A stretch of 58,303 nucleotides of DNA from Candidatus Hermodarchaeota archaeon (GTDB taxonomy: Archaea > Asgardarchaeota > Hermodarchaeia > Hermodarchaeales > Hermodarchaeaceae), in NCBI GenBank assembly GCA_016839365.1, contig JAEOUH010000074.1:1-58303 (forward strand), given 5' to 3'. Below the pieces are notes generated by a model that was not told where the DNA came from, ran no database searches, and saw nothing but the letters and a program-made list of their open reading frames with translations. How positions within the stretch are numbered: position 1 is the stretch's first letter; each line of letters opens with the position of its first letter. Shown here piece by piece: positions 1 through 9,208 of the stretch. The translations under genes were made by a program, and so were the position numbers.

Positions 1-1956
1 ATTCGCGAAGGCTTCAAGCCGAATGGCGGGTTCACCTTCATAAGTTCGCTGAGTGGATACACCTAATAACGCAGCCAGTGAATCTAGAACGCGGCCCGTG
101 CTTGAAGTCACTGGTGTGTTAATATCTCGATAAATCTGGGCCAGGATTATTTCAAATTCCGCGACTCCCCGTGGCAATGATTTCTTTGCCCCTATCTCGA
201 AGAGGCGGCGTAATTCTGTTTCTGAATACTTTTTCGAAAGAATACCAAGCAGCATTCGGAAAGGGAACTTTGCGGCCAGATCACCACCTGGCATGGACTG
301 TGGTTCGAGGTACGCTGATCTTGTATAGTTGTGTGCGTTTCCTGTAAGAATTTCTCCACCCCACACGGTTTTGTCTGGTCCGTATCCCGCACCGTCACAG
401 CAAATGGCCACGATTTCTTCGTCAAGAGGTAGCTTATGATCAGCGAGAATGGCAGCCAAATGGGCGTGGTGATGTTGTACCTGGATAAGTGGAACCTGGT
501 ACGTTTTTGATAACTCTGCTCCGTATTGAGTGGTCAAGAAATCTGGATGGAGATCACAGGCAACAGCATCGAAGGTAGTAACCCGTAGTAAGTTCTGTAG
601 ATGAGAGAGTCCTTCCTGGAGGAATTGGAGGGCTTCGACTGTGTCAACGTCTCCAATATGCTGGGTAAGAAATATACGCCTTTTATGATAAATGGCTCCT
701 GTGTTTTTCTCCAACGCACCGACTGAAAGAATTGAAGGTCCCCCATTCACGGTGTCTATGGGCTCGGGGGTGTATCCTCGTGATCGACGAATTATCAACT
801 CCCGGTCGAATATCGGAATTACCACTGAGTCATCGCATCGCTGGAAAATTGTTCGATTATGTGTTAAGAAATAGTCTGCCATATCCATGAAGTGTTCTTG
901 AAATGTGGACGCTTGGATAATTGTGGGTAATCCAGTGGGGTTGGCGCTGGTCATTACAAGAGCAGGATCTTGCAGTCCTTCGAAAAGGCGAAGATAGATT
1001 CCTGAATATGGAAGCATTACTCCAACAGTGTCCAAGCCTGGGGAAAGAAATTTTGAGAGCAAAAATGGGATTCGTTGCGGTATCACCACAATTGGGCGTC
1101 TCCAAGACAAGAGCAGTCTTTCCGCGGTTGAGTCAATTATTGCGTACTTGTGGATTGACTCAAGGTCTTTGGACATTATGGCGAAAGGTTTGTTCGGTTT
1201 TTTCCGCAGTTTGCGGAGCCGTTGGACCTGTTCATCTAGTGTAGCCCTGACTGCCAGATGTATTCCCCCTAATCCTTTGACCGCGACAATTGCTCCTTCG
1301 TTCAGTAATTTCACAGATTCAATAAAGGGATCCTTAACGTCGAGGACTGTTCCATCGGGTCTTAGGAGGGTAAACTGTGGACCACAAATTGGGCAACAAA
1401 TGGTTTGGGCATTATACCGCCGATCAAGTGGGTTGTTGTATTCCCTGTCACAGGCTTCGCATAAAGGAAACTCATTCATTGTGGTTCGTTCACGATCATA
1501 AGGGGTATCAGTGATGGTGGTGTAACGGGGACCGCAGATGGCACAACAGGTCATCGGGTATTGGTAATGGCGCGATTGGCTGTTGTTCATGTCTTTTATA
1601 CAATCGTTACACACAGCGATATCAGCGGGGATAACTGAGCCACCTGCTTTCTGTTCATTCTTTGAGATGCGAATCTGAAACTCCTTGAATTCACCTGTTG
1701 CAGTGTGCCAGAAGGTTTGGATGCTGTCAATGACTGCTAGGTATGGTTTATCTATTTCAATGGATTCAATAAATTCAATGATTTTCTTTTTTTCTCCTTC
1801 CACAACAATTAGTACTGCTGAATTTCCCGTATTCAAAACGAATCCAACAAGCCCACGATGAGTAGCTTGCGCATAGATAAATGGACGGAAACCAATTCCT
1901 TGAACGACGCCAACGACTCGAATTTCAGCTTGTTGGGTGTTGGGCAACGTCGTCAT
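1..1956 (-). CDS. hypF: Carbamoyltransferase HypF ([NiFe]-hydrogenase maturation), 3'-truncated by window edge
   Basis: Absent from the ORF track, apparently because its stop lies outside the window. Minus strand from ATG 1956 reads MTTLPNTQQAEIRVVGVVQGIGFRPF (acylphosphatase-like domain), then zinc-finger CxxC motifs, KGIGG and QHHHAH. Confidence 0.95.
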   Translation of the reverse strand, partial: MTTLPNTQQAEIRVVGVVQGIGFRPFIYAQATHRGLVGFVLNTGNSAVLIVVEGEKKKIIEFIESIEIDKPYLAVIDSIQTFWHTATGEFKEFQIRISKNEQKAGGSVIPADIAVCNDCIKDMNNSQSRHYQYPMTCCAICGPRYTTITDTPYDRERTTMNEFPLCEACDREYNNPLDRRYNAQTICCPICGPQFTLLRPDGTVLDVKDPFIESVKLLNEGAIVAVKGLGGIHLAVRATLDEQVQRLRKLRKKPNKPFAIMSKDLESIHKYAIIDSTAERLLLSWRRPIVVIPQRIPFLLSKFLSPGLDTVGVMLPYSGIYLRLFEGLQDPALVMTSANPTGLPTIIQASTFQEHFMDMADYFLTHNRTIFQRCDDSVVIPIFDRELIIRRSRGYTPEPIDTVNGGPSILSVGALEKNTGAIYHKRRIFLTQHIGDVDTVEALQFLQEGLSHLQNLLRVTTFDAVACDLHPDFLTTQYGAELSKTYQVPLIQVQHHHAHLAAILADHKLPLDEEIVAICCDGAGYGPDKTVWGGEILTGNAHNYTRSAYLEPQSMPGGDLAAKFPFRMLLGILSKKYSETELRRLFEIGAKKSLPRGVAEFEIILAQIYRDINTPVTSSTGRVLDSLAALLGVSTQRTYEGEPAIRLEAFAN

Positions 1957-2039
1957 CTCCGTTCATCACCCGTTTAGGCAGAGTATTAATTCTTTTGGAC
2001 TTATTATCAATAATATAAGATATCGGTGAGTGCCTACTA

Positions 2040-2630
2040 ATGACTGAATTTCGTGTTCCCTCGCCCAAAGAACTCCAAGAATTAAGAAAGCAAGTCGGAT
2101 TAACCCAATCTGAGCTAGCGGAACGCGTCGGGATAAGCCAATCCTTAGTAGCACGCATTGAAAAGGGTCAAGTAAATCCAAGTGTCAGTACACTCAAACG
2201 TATTCTCAACGTCATCGAAGAACACAAACACACTCATTCTTCTCTCAGTGATTTATTGAAGTGGAAAGGACAATCAAAGCTTAACCCATTGATCTGGGTA
2301 GGACCAGAAGATTCAGTTCGACGGGCTGTGATTCTCATGCGACGTCATGGGATTTCACAGTTACCTGTGATCAAACGAAACAAAGCAATAGGATCTATAA
2401 GCGAGGGAACAATTATCAAACAGCTTATGGTCATGGATTCGCAGAAAGTATTCAGTCTTTCTGTTCAGGAAATCATGGAACCTCCTTTTCCCACAATAGA
2501 CATTAGAGATAAAGTGGAAACAGCCTTTTCTAAAATTGCGGCGGGGGATGAAGCTGTCTTAGTATTAGATGAAGACAGGCCAATTGGAATAATTACAAAA
2601 ATCGACGTTATTGCCTTTACAAAGCCATAA
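2040..2630 (+). CDS. XRE-type HTH + CBS-pair transcriptional regulator
   Basis: N-terminal LRKQVGLTQSELAERVGISQSLVARIEKG HTH followed by two CBS repeats (GISQLPV, GIITKID). Confidence 0.9.
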   Translation: MTEFRVPSPKELQELRKQVGLTQSELAERVGISQSLVARIEKGQVNPSVSTLKRILNVIEEHKHTHSSLSDLLKWKGQSKLNPLIWVGPEDSVRRAVILMRRHGISQLPVIKRNKAIGSISEGTIIKQLMVMDSQKVFSLSVQEIMEPPFPTIDIRDKVETAFSKIAAGDEAVLVLDEDRPIGIITKIDVIAFTKP

Positions 2631-2646
2631 AATTATGAGAAAAATC

Positions 2647-2670
2647 AATAATTTCATTGAATTCATTAGA
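2647..2670. repeat. Palindromic motif copy 1 (AATAAT-TTCATTGA-AT-TCATTAGA)
   Basis: Intergenic, upstream of the AAA ATPase; right half imperfect. Confidence 0.75.
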
Positions 2671-2741
2671 ACCAATCAGTTTTTTATCTTAAATACAATC
2701 AATAATTTTTTATTACTGGAACCCATTCTCTATCAACATTC

Positions 2742-4061
2742 TTGGATGTGTTTAGTCTGAGTGAACTTGATCGATTAGTAGAGCAAACACACAAATTTGA
2801 TCAGCAGATGCTAGCTAAATGGGGTTTCAAAACCGAACGGATTGAGCTTTTTGGAATAGATTCACCGGATTTGTACGTTGTTCCTGAGGAGGAGGCTTTG
2901 GCAATCAAAAGGGCAGTCAATTATCTTCGTAATCAGACCGCAAGCGTCGTTGTGTCTGGCCCCCTAGGTGCTGGAAAGACTACCTTCTTGGAGATGATTC
3001 AAGAGTCATTGAATCGCTTACCGAATATCCGTGCCATTCGTCTTGAAGGAGTCAGTTCAGCCGACGCACTGATTGACGATCTTCTCCATGCGAATATAAG
3101 AGAACAAACCGTTCGGGATTTCTTAATTGATAAAGTAGGAATCCGTGTAGTAAGAAGCGGTTCCATTGCCAAACGGCTCTCGCGCCTCTTATTAGGCCTG
3201 CGAACAGATGCGGAAGAGAATGGAACCTCGTATGTCTTGTTAATCGACGAATTTCGCCAGCTAGAACGTCAACGGCCAGACAATCGTGTACGTATCGTTG
3301 ACACCCTTCTTCGTATGGTCAATGATAAGACCAGAGATGGTCGCCGATACCTAGTACTAGCTCTAGCCATCATTACACGTGTTGGGGAAAGTGCGGTAAA
3401 GACACTCGAACTTCTCTCCTCAGTAGGGGAAACCTTAGGCCATGGAAGCAAGTCCGCTATTCGACGAAGGTTCGTTGAGATTTATGATATGAGGCGGATG
3501 AAAAAGAGCACTGCTCTGAAAGTACTACTTTGGAGGCTGGCCTATCTCAAAGGCTCATTGGATGATATTGGTAAGGAACCCGATGAAGGTATTAACTTCA
3601 ATTCACCCACAATCCAGAAGTTACTTGCTCCCTTCACAGGAGAGGCGTTGGAAGCAATATTCAACTATTCAGGAGGAAATCCTGGAATAATGCTCGAGCT
3701 ACTTCTCCGATGTCTTCAGGATGCAATCCGAGGTGCTGAGATTCTCATCAATGATGGGTACTCATTGGATCAAGTTTTATCAGTTTATCAAATTAATTCC
3801 GAATATGTTCAACAATTTGTCCAGAAGGAAGTAACCCGTGCGCGGGCAGAATTTACTAACTTCCAAACTGAGCTCTTAGGCTTTCTTTCTGTTCCTCGCT
3901 CACTAGACGATATTGAGTCCTGGCTCCAGAGTCAGGAACGTTCATGGGAAAGTGTGTTAGAAGATTTCGATCTATTCGAAAAGCAGGGGCTCATCTACAG
4001 TCCCGAAGCCGGTAAGATACAAGCCACTGAGCTTTGGACTAAAGGATCCACATTTGTTTGA
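2742..4061 (+). CDS. AAA+ P-loop ATPase (ExeA/AAA_22-like) with probable C-terminal winged helix
   Basis: Walker A GPLGAGKT, Walker B LLIDE, arginine-finger-like AIRRRF, YSGGNPG lid motif; N-terminus (KWGFKTERIELF) resembles ExeA-family proteins; C-terminal FEKQGLIY is wHTH-like. Confidence 0.8.
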   Translation: MDVFSLSELDRLVEQTHKFDQQMLAKWGFKTERIELFGIDSPDLYVVPEEEALAIKRAVNYLRNQTASVVVSGPLGAGKTTFLEMIQESLNRLPNIRAIRLEGVSSADALIDDLLHANIREQTVRDFLIDKVGIRVVRSGSIAKRLSRLLLGLRTDAEENGTSYVLLIDEFRQLERQRPDNRVRIVDTLLRMVNDKTRDGRRYLVLALAIITRVGESAVKTLELLSSVGETLGHGSKSAIRRRFVEIYDMRRMKKSTALKVLLWRLAYLKGSLDDIGKEPDEGINFNSPTIQKLLAPFTGEALEAIFNYSGGNPGIMLELLLRCLQDAIRGAEILINDGYSLDQVLSVYQINSEYVQQFVQKEVTRARAEFTNFQTELLGFLSVPRSLDDIESWLQSQERSWESVLEDFDLFEKQGLIYSPEAGKIQATELWTKGSTFV

Positions 4062-4072
4062 GGTGAGTGTAA

Positions 4073-4441
4073 ATGTCAGCTACAGATCTCATTAGAGAAC
4101 GGATGAAAAAGGAAAAAGAATCAAAACCGAAATCAACGAAAAAAGCCCAATCAACAGAAACTCGAGAAATTGAACTCGAAGAGCTGTCAGCTCGGGTTGG
4201 CGATTCGGGATTCAAGAGATTACGTATCGAAAGCGAGTATGAAGGGCGTCGAACTATCAGTGCAAGTGTACCCGCTTGGATTAAAGCGGCTTTAGATTTC
4301 GTATCATTGGCAGCTACAAAATCAGGACAGGGACAATATGCAGGCTTTGGTGGGAAGTCTAGGTTCATAGCTGAAGCCCTTGAAGAAAAGCTGAAGTCTG
4401 TTTTTCCTGAAGTATACAAGGAATTACAACGAGAAGGATAA
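4073..4441 (+). CDS. Ribbon-helix-helix-like DNA-binding protein with charged flexible N-terminal tail
   Basis: RTISASVP (strand), AWIKAALD (helix), GKSRFIAEALEEKL (G-x-S helix B pattern); GAGGTGA RBS; 11 bp after the ATPase stop. Confidence 0.65.
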   Translation: MSATDLIRERMKKEKESKPKSTKKAQSTETREIELEELSARVGDSGFKRLRIESEYEGRRTISASVPAWIKAALDFVSLAATKSGQGQYAGFGGKSRFIAEALEEKLKSVFPEVYKELQREG

Positions 4442-4457
4442 TCTTAACCGCGAAAAT

Positions 4458-4484
4458 AATAATTTCATTGAAGTCAATGAAATT
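4458..4484. repeat. Palindromic motif copy 2 (perfect 11-bp inverted repeat AATTTCATTGA-AG-TCAATGAAATT)
   Basis: Read directly from the 4442-4579 intergenic region. Confidence 0.9.
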
Positions 4485-4579
4485 GGTATTATTCTCTTGA
4501 TTACTATTAGTTAGCATAAATTATAAGCTTCTCTCGGATATAGGTTATCTTCATTTGGTGTTTAGGGTGGGTTTAACGG

Positions 4580-5152
4580 ATGTCGCATGATGTACGACGT
4601 GTATATGTGATCTCTTTTGATTTCAAGCAGCCGAAGGGATCGAGCCAAGCTCGAAAAACACGGTTCTTTCGAGAGTTGTATGGATATACTCAGCAAGTCA
4701 AACAGGAACTGAAGGATGGTGAAATTGTAACTCGAACGTACCACTATCCTGGGGTGCTAGACCAGATACCATATGTGAAGCTAGGGAAAAGTGTGATAGC
4801 CGTTCAGCCTGGAACTGAGGAAGCCATTCTCAAGTTACTCGATGCGTTTGATGAAGTAGTGTCTTACAGCTTCATTGGATGGCTGCCTATCTATCATTGG
4901 CCAAAAATATTGGATGAAGAGGTTAGACTTGCTACAGACCTAATTGGGGCTCTCGGGTATTATTCTATACTGTTGCAGGTTCAGAATATGGGAGGTAACA
5001 TCCAAGATTCCTCTTTACTTGATGTGGGGTTTGATATTGGGTTTATCGACAAAGCCATTGATTACCTTACCTCCAAGAAGTTACTCAACGAATCTAAAGG
5101 GACTCTCACTCTCACGACTAAAGGAAAAGAAATTTTGAATTATGTGTCCTGA
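4580..5152 (+). CDS. Hypothetical protein: Cas2/VapD-like ferredoxin-fold N-domain + C-terminal winged helix
   Basis: VYVISFD strand ending in Asp, RFFRELYGY helix, KLGKSVIAV; C-terminal AIDYLTSKKLL...LTLTTKGKEIL is a typical wHTH wing. Confidence 0.55.
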   Translation: MSHDVRRVYVISFDFKQPKGSSQARKTRFFRELYGYTQQVKQELKDGEIVTRTYHYPGVLDQIPYVKLGKSVIAVQPGTEEAILKLLDAFDEVVSYSFIGWLPIYHWPKILDEEVRLATDLIGALGYYSILLQVQNMGGNIQDSSLLDVGFDIGFIDKAIDYLTSKKLLNESKGTLTLTTKGKEILNYVS

Positions 5153-5177
5153 GTGTCCTAATACCGTAATTAGGGAG

Positions 5178-5201
5178 TTCAATGAGTTCATTGAAATTAT
5201 T
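5178..5201. repeat. Palindromic motif copy 3 (TTCAATGA-GT-TCATTGAA-ATTATT, inverted orientation)
   Basis: Lies between two convergent 3' ends. Confidence 0.85.
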
Positions 5202-5713
5202 CAGTCGGGTTTCAATGCCAATGGTTGGGCAAGGGCCTCAATGAGCTCTAGTATGCGATCTTGATTCTGTTTAAGGGTTCTTAGGTGGGTGGGGGTTGGC
5301 TTTTCGTCTTTGGTAGCGACAATGTCGTATTCACGCGCATAACTTCGAATGTCCTCTGCCAAGTCTTGGTATCGCATCAGAGAAGGTGATTCAAATAGCC
5401 CAAGATAGCCTAATAGTACCAATGTGAAAACAGATTTTGTGACGTTCCGACGTGCCTGAGCAAGTGAACGGTTAAAAGCTCCTCTACTAACACCTGTCCG
5501 TTTTTGCGTTTTGTCTTTTTGATCTCTTAGGGCTGCTTTAGTTTGGTAGTCAATGCGTTTTCCACTGAAACCGTCCAGAAGATAATCAAGTACTAAAGTT
5601 TCTAGTTGCACCTTGGACAGGTGACTTTTTTTAGCTAATAATACTGTAATTGGATCCTGTAGCATTCTACGTGCCCAAGAGCGCGTTTCCTTGGCTTCGT
5701 TTTTCTCGAGCAA
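5201..5713 (-). CDS. Archaeal hypothetical protein with HTH-like motif
   Basis: SHLSKVQLETL...GVSRGAFNRSLAQARRN resembles an HTH; likely TTG start at 5713 after GGGGT (track ORF extends to 5770). Confidence 0.65.
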   Translation of the reverse strand: MLEKNEAKETRSWARRMLQDPITVLLAKKSHLSKVQLETLVLDYLLDGFSGKRIDYQTKAALRDQKDKTQKRTGVSRGAFNRSLAQARRNVTKSVFTLVLLGYLGLFESPSLMRYQDLAEDIRSYAREYDIVATKDEKPTPTHLRTLKQNQDRILELIEALAQPLALKPD

Positions 5714-5816
5714 ATCCTTACCCCCATGGATACAGTTTTGTATACGTGACGAGCGGTTACTTAAAAACACGCTGGTGTTCTGAGCATTTTATATGCTCTC
5801 GGGAATTAACAGATTC

Positions 5817-5840
5817 AATAATTTCATTAAACTTAATGAA
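5817..5840. repeat. Palindromic motif copy 4 (AATAAT-TTCATTAA-AC-TTAATGAA)
   Basis: In the divergent promoter region between the HTH gene and xpd. Confidence 0.85.
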
Positions 5841-5913
5841 TGCCACTCGAGATTATGAAATTAAAAGGAGTTTTTTATTCTTTAAGCCTTATCAGATGAT
5901 GAGGACACGCAAT

Positions 5914-7833
5914 ATGTGTTCAAACCATACCCAACGCTATTTTCCATATACTTCTCCGCGGCCTGGTCAACTATCCCTAGTTCAAGCTATTCAAGATGAC
6001 CTCGGAGCCGGGAAACACCTGTGCGTTGAGGCTGCTAATGGCTTTGGAAAAACCATTGCTGCCCTATCCGGGGTTCTGCCACTCCATAAGAAGAAGAGCT
6101 TGGGGATCGTGTATGTTGCCAGAACTCATAAGCAATTAGATCGAGTAATGCAAGAATTACGGCTAATTACTGAATCAACTAGCTTAAACGGGGTGGTGTT
6201 ACGAGGGCGCGCTTCCACATGTTTGAATCCAATAGTTCGCAAATATGCTGCAAGTGCTCAACTTGCCATGTTTATTTGCAGTCAATTGAAACGTGCTGGA
6301 CGCTGTGAGTATTACCAAAACCTCATTAGAAAGAAGAAAATAGAACAGAATTACTTTAACAAGTTTTATCAAACGCCTCTCACAGGTTTGGAGTTTCGAA
6401 AAAAGTGTGAATCTGATAAGGTGTGCCCTTATGAACTTTCAAAACGCCTGCTACCTTTGGTAACTGTTGTGGCTACCACTTATTTTCAGATCTTTGATCC
6501 GCACATAAGTAATATGTTCTTTGAGGCCTTCGGTCATCCATTGTCTCACACAATCCTCATTTTAGATGAAGCCCACAATCTTCCTCGAATTGCCGTCGAA
6601 TTAGCGTCTGCACGCCTTTCGTTAGCATCAATAAAACAGTCAAATAAAGAGGCGAATCGCTATGACCTTTCACCAATCAAACAATTCGCACTTACTTTGG
6701 AACATAACATTCAACAATTGGCGGGTAGCTATTCAGAACAAGAGATTCGATTTGACCCAGTTGAATTTACTTCGCAACTCTGTCAAGTTCTCAAAATTAA
6801 TAATTTCAATAATTTTGTTGAAATCATGTTACAAACGGGTAGCAAGGTGCTTAACCAATTACTAAACGAAGGAAAACCTCCAATAAGCTACATCCATTCC
6901 TTGGCTCGGTTCTTCATAAATTGGTGTTACTTTCTGAAACGAAAGGATGCTGCCTTTTTCATTACCCAAAATGGACCAAATCATTCGCCTACATATCTTG
7001 AAATAGTTGCATTAGATCCGCGTATTGCAACTACTCCGATTCTGAAATCTTGTTATGCCTCGGCTCATTTATCGGGAACACTGGAACCAACAAGTGCCCA
7101 TATTGATCTAGTTGGTTTACCTAAAGAAACGGTATCTCTCAATTTACCTTCTCCCTTTACTCAGAACCAGATTTTCCCAATAATCAGCCTTGGGGTCACG
7201 ACAGCCATGAAATACAGAACGCCTCAAATGTATAAAAAAATTAATCGCCGAATCCTAGAGGTTTGTCAGGCTACACCCCATAACGTTGGCGTTTTTGTTC
7301 CCTCCTATTCAGTATTACAATCTCTTCTTGAAGCTGGTTTAGATAAAGTGTCTAATCGGGATTTATTCATTGAGAAACCGAATTTGTCTTCAAGCGAAAA
7401 CGATTCTTTAATTCAAAAGTTCAAACGCAGAGCTCATGCTGGTGCCATGCTTATTGGAGTCCTTGGCGGGCGAAATAGTGAAGGCGAGGATTATCCGGGG
7501 ATTGAGATGGAGACAGTAGTGGTTGTTGGGGTTCCCTACGCAAGGCCTACTCCCAAGGAGATGACTCGAATCGCATACTTTGAAAGCCAATTTCCTCGGA
7601 AGGGTCGGCTATACGGGTACCAACTGCCTGCACTGCGAAGCGCATCTCAGGCAGCAGGACGTTCAGTTCGAAAGCTCGAAGATAGAGGGGCGATAGTGTT
7701 TTTAGATGATCGTTATGCAACACCTCTTTGCCAACGATTACTACCTAAATGGATAAACGAAAACTTAAGGGGGTCAAACAACGCTGATGGAGTGCTTTAT
7801 ACTCACCTAAAGAACTTCTATTCGGTAACATAA
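5914..7833 (+). CDS. xpd: XPD/Rad3-family Fe-S DNA helicase
   Basis: Q motif FPYTSPRPGQ, Walker A ANGFGKT, Fe-S cysteines (CLN, C, C, CPY), DEAH, SGTL, QAAGRSVR. Start moved to ATG 5914 after GAGGA. Confidence 0.93.
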   Translation: MCSNHTQRYFPYTSPRPGQLSLVQAIQDDLGAGKHLCVEAANGFGKTIAALSGVLPLHKKKSLGIVYVARTHKQLDRVMQELRLITESTSLNGVVLRGRASTCLNPIVRKYAASAQLAMFICSQLKRAGRCEYYQNLIRKKKIEQNYFNKFYQTPLTGLEFRKKCESDKVCPYELSKRLLPLVTVVATTYFQIFDPHISNMFFEAFGHPLSHTILILDEAHNLPRIAVELASARLSLASIKQSNKEANRYDLSPIKQFALTLEHNIQQLAGSYSEQEIRFDPVEFTSQLCQVLKINNFNNFVEIMLQTGSKVLNQLLNEGKPPISYIHSLARFFINWCYFLKRKDAAFFITQNGPNHSPTYLEIVALDPRIATTPILKSCYASAHLSGTLEPTSAHIDLVGLPKETVSLNLPSPFTQNQIFPIISLGVTTAMKYRTPQMYKKINRRILEVCQATPHNVGVFVPSYSVLQSLLEAGLDKVSNRDLFIEKPNLSSSENDSLIQKFKRRAHAGAMLIGVLGGRNSEGEDYPGIEMETVVVVGVPYARPTPKEMTRIAYFESQFPRKGRLYGYQLPALRSASQAAGRSVRKLEDRGAIVFLDDRYATPLCQRLLPKWINENLRGSNNADGVLYTHLKNFYSVT

Positions 7834-7863
7834 ATCCTCTTCTATTTCATTAAAAATAACAAA

Positions 7864-7881
7864 TTCATTGAGTTTAATGAA
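7864..7881. repeat. Palindromic motif copy 5 (TTCATTGA-GT-TTAATGAA)
   Basis: Intergenic, 17 bp upstream of the radB start. Confidence 0.85.
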
Positions 7882-7898
7882 TATGTGGTGTTTCGGGC

Positions 7899-8579
7899 AT
7901 GCCTAAAATTAAGCCATTGCAATCAGGTGTCATATCTTTGGATGAGGTCTTTGGAGGCGGTCTTGATGAAGGGGATGTTCTTCAGGTTTTTGGTCCCGGT
8001 GGCGTTGGAAAAACGACTCTAGCTTTACAATATTCGATAAATACTGCGCGAAACGGCAACAGAGTTATTTATGTCAATTCTGAAGGCAAGTTTCCGGTTC
8101 TTCGATTAAAACAGATGTTGACCGCTGACTTCGATACGGTTTCTCCCTTAATTTCCATAGTATCACCGACTAATTTCAAAGAACAAGCAAACCTTGTTTC
8201 TCAACTTGCCTCAATACTCACTTCCGATACCAAGCTGGTAGTGTTTGATACAATTGTATCTCACTACCGTAAAGAATATGGAACGAATAATGTGATGTTG
8301 AATCGTAAACTGAATCAACAATTAGGTATGATCGTTAGTGCCGCTCGTTCATCACGTTTTTCAGTTATTGTGATAAATCAAGTCCGTGGAGATATTAATG
8401 AGGGAAACCATTTTCTACCTGTAGCTGAATCAGTTACTTCTTATTGGAGCACCTACACTCTGCAAATTACACGGGCTGAGTCTAAGGGTTACAGAGAATT
8501 TAAGTTACTCAGGGAAAAAAATCGTGAACCAATAATCTTGATGATGAGCCTACAATCGTCTGGATTTAGATCAGCATGA
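7899..8579 (+). CDS. radB: DNA repair and recombination protein RadB (RadA paralogue)
   Basis: SGVISLDEVFGGG, GPGGVGKT, LVVFD, VIVINQV; RecA core only, with no N-terminal HhH domain. Confidence 0.85.
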   Translation: MPKIKPLQSGVISLDEVFGGGLDEGDVLQVFGPGGVGKTTLALQYSINTARNGNRVIYVNSEGKFPVLRLKQMLTADFDTVSPLISIVSPTNFKEQANLVSQLASILTSDTKLVVFDTIVSHYRKEYGTNNVMLNRKLNQQLGMIVSAARSSRFSVIVINQVRGDINEGNHFLPVAESVTSYWSTYTLQITRAESKGYREFKLLREKNREPIILMMSLQSSGFRSA

Positions 8580-8582
8580 AAA

Positions 8583-9158
8583 GTGACAACGATGTTTCAT
8601 CCAATTCTATTGCTTCTCGGCTTTTGGTATGTTCTCCCTGCCTACGTTGCAAACGGATTTGCCGTATTTGGCAAATTCATCAAGTCACGTCACCCGATTG
8701 ATAGGGGGAGGCTCCTCGGTGATGGTCAACCACTTCTCGGTCCCGGAAAAACATGGGAAGGCTTTATTATTGGGTTCTTATCTGGGGTGGTTATCGGCCT
8801 CCTTCAAATCGTTACGGCTCCCTTTCTTCTTTCAATCATAGTTCAGTACGTTTATCTTCCCCCTGAACTAGTTCCTATCGTATTAATGACTATACCTTTG
8901 GTAATTCTAGTGGCACTCGGTGCATTGGTGGGTGATCTCATCGGTTCGTTTATTAAGCGACGATTATTGATTGCCCGGGGACGCCCGGCCCCTTTGCTTG
9001 ATCAGCTTGATTTTCTCATAATGGCAATGCTCTTGGGTGCGCTCATAACACCAATTCATTGGATCCTAGCAATCTTCCTGTTGATCGTAACCCCCGTCCT
9101 ACATCTACTAGCAAATGTCATTGGCTATTTACTCAGACTGAAACAGGAGCCATGGTAA
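8583..9158 (+). CDS. carS: CDP-2,3-bis-O-geranylgeranyl-sn-glycerol (CDP-archaeol) synthase
   Basis: PAYVAN, HPIDRG...GPGKTWEG, GDLIGSFIKRR, LDQLDF, C-terminal LKQEPW. Confidence 0.95.
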   Translation: MTTMFHPILLLLGFWYVLPAYVANGFAVFGKFIKSRHPIDRGRLLGDGQPLLGPGKTWEGFIIGFLSGVVIGLLQIVTAPFLLSIIVQYVYLPPELVPIVLMTIPLVILVALGALVGDLIGSFIKRRLLIARGRPAPLLDQLDFLIMAMLLGALITPIHWILAIFLLIVTPVLHLLANVIGYLLRLKQEPW

Positions 9159-9208
9159 ATCAGAGGTTGAAACTAGGACTATCGGGGCAATTTCACTTCT
9201 CTTTGTAT

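Noticed and set aside
4580-5152. CRISPR-Cas locus suggested by the Cas2-like protein and nearby repeats
   Set aside because: No cas1 or other cas genes; the palindromes are hundreds to thousands of bp apart with genes between them, not a repeat-spacer array.
2631-5850. Transposon or MITE interpretation of the ATPase cassette (TnsC/IstB-like ATPase with inverted repeats)
   Set aside because: No transposase or integrase, no target-site duplication seen, and the motif extends across the housekeeping xpd gene to radB.
5650-5913. Long N-terminal extensions of the XPD, FolP (16613) and CofE (17451) ORFs overlapping neighbours
   Set aside because: Artefacts of longest-ORF calling; family similarity begins at downstream ATGs, with RBS-like motifs for xpd and folP.
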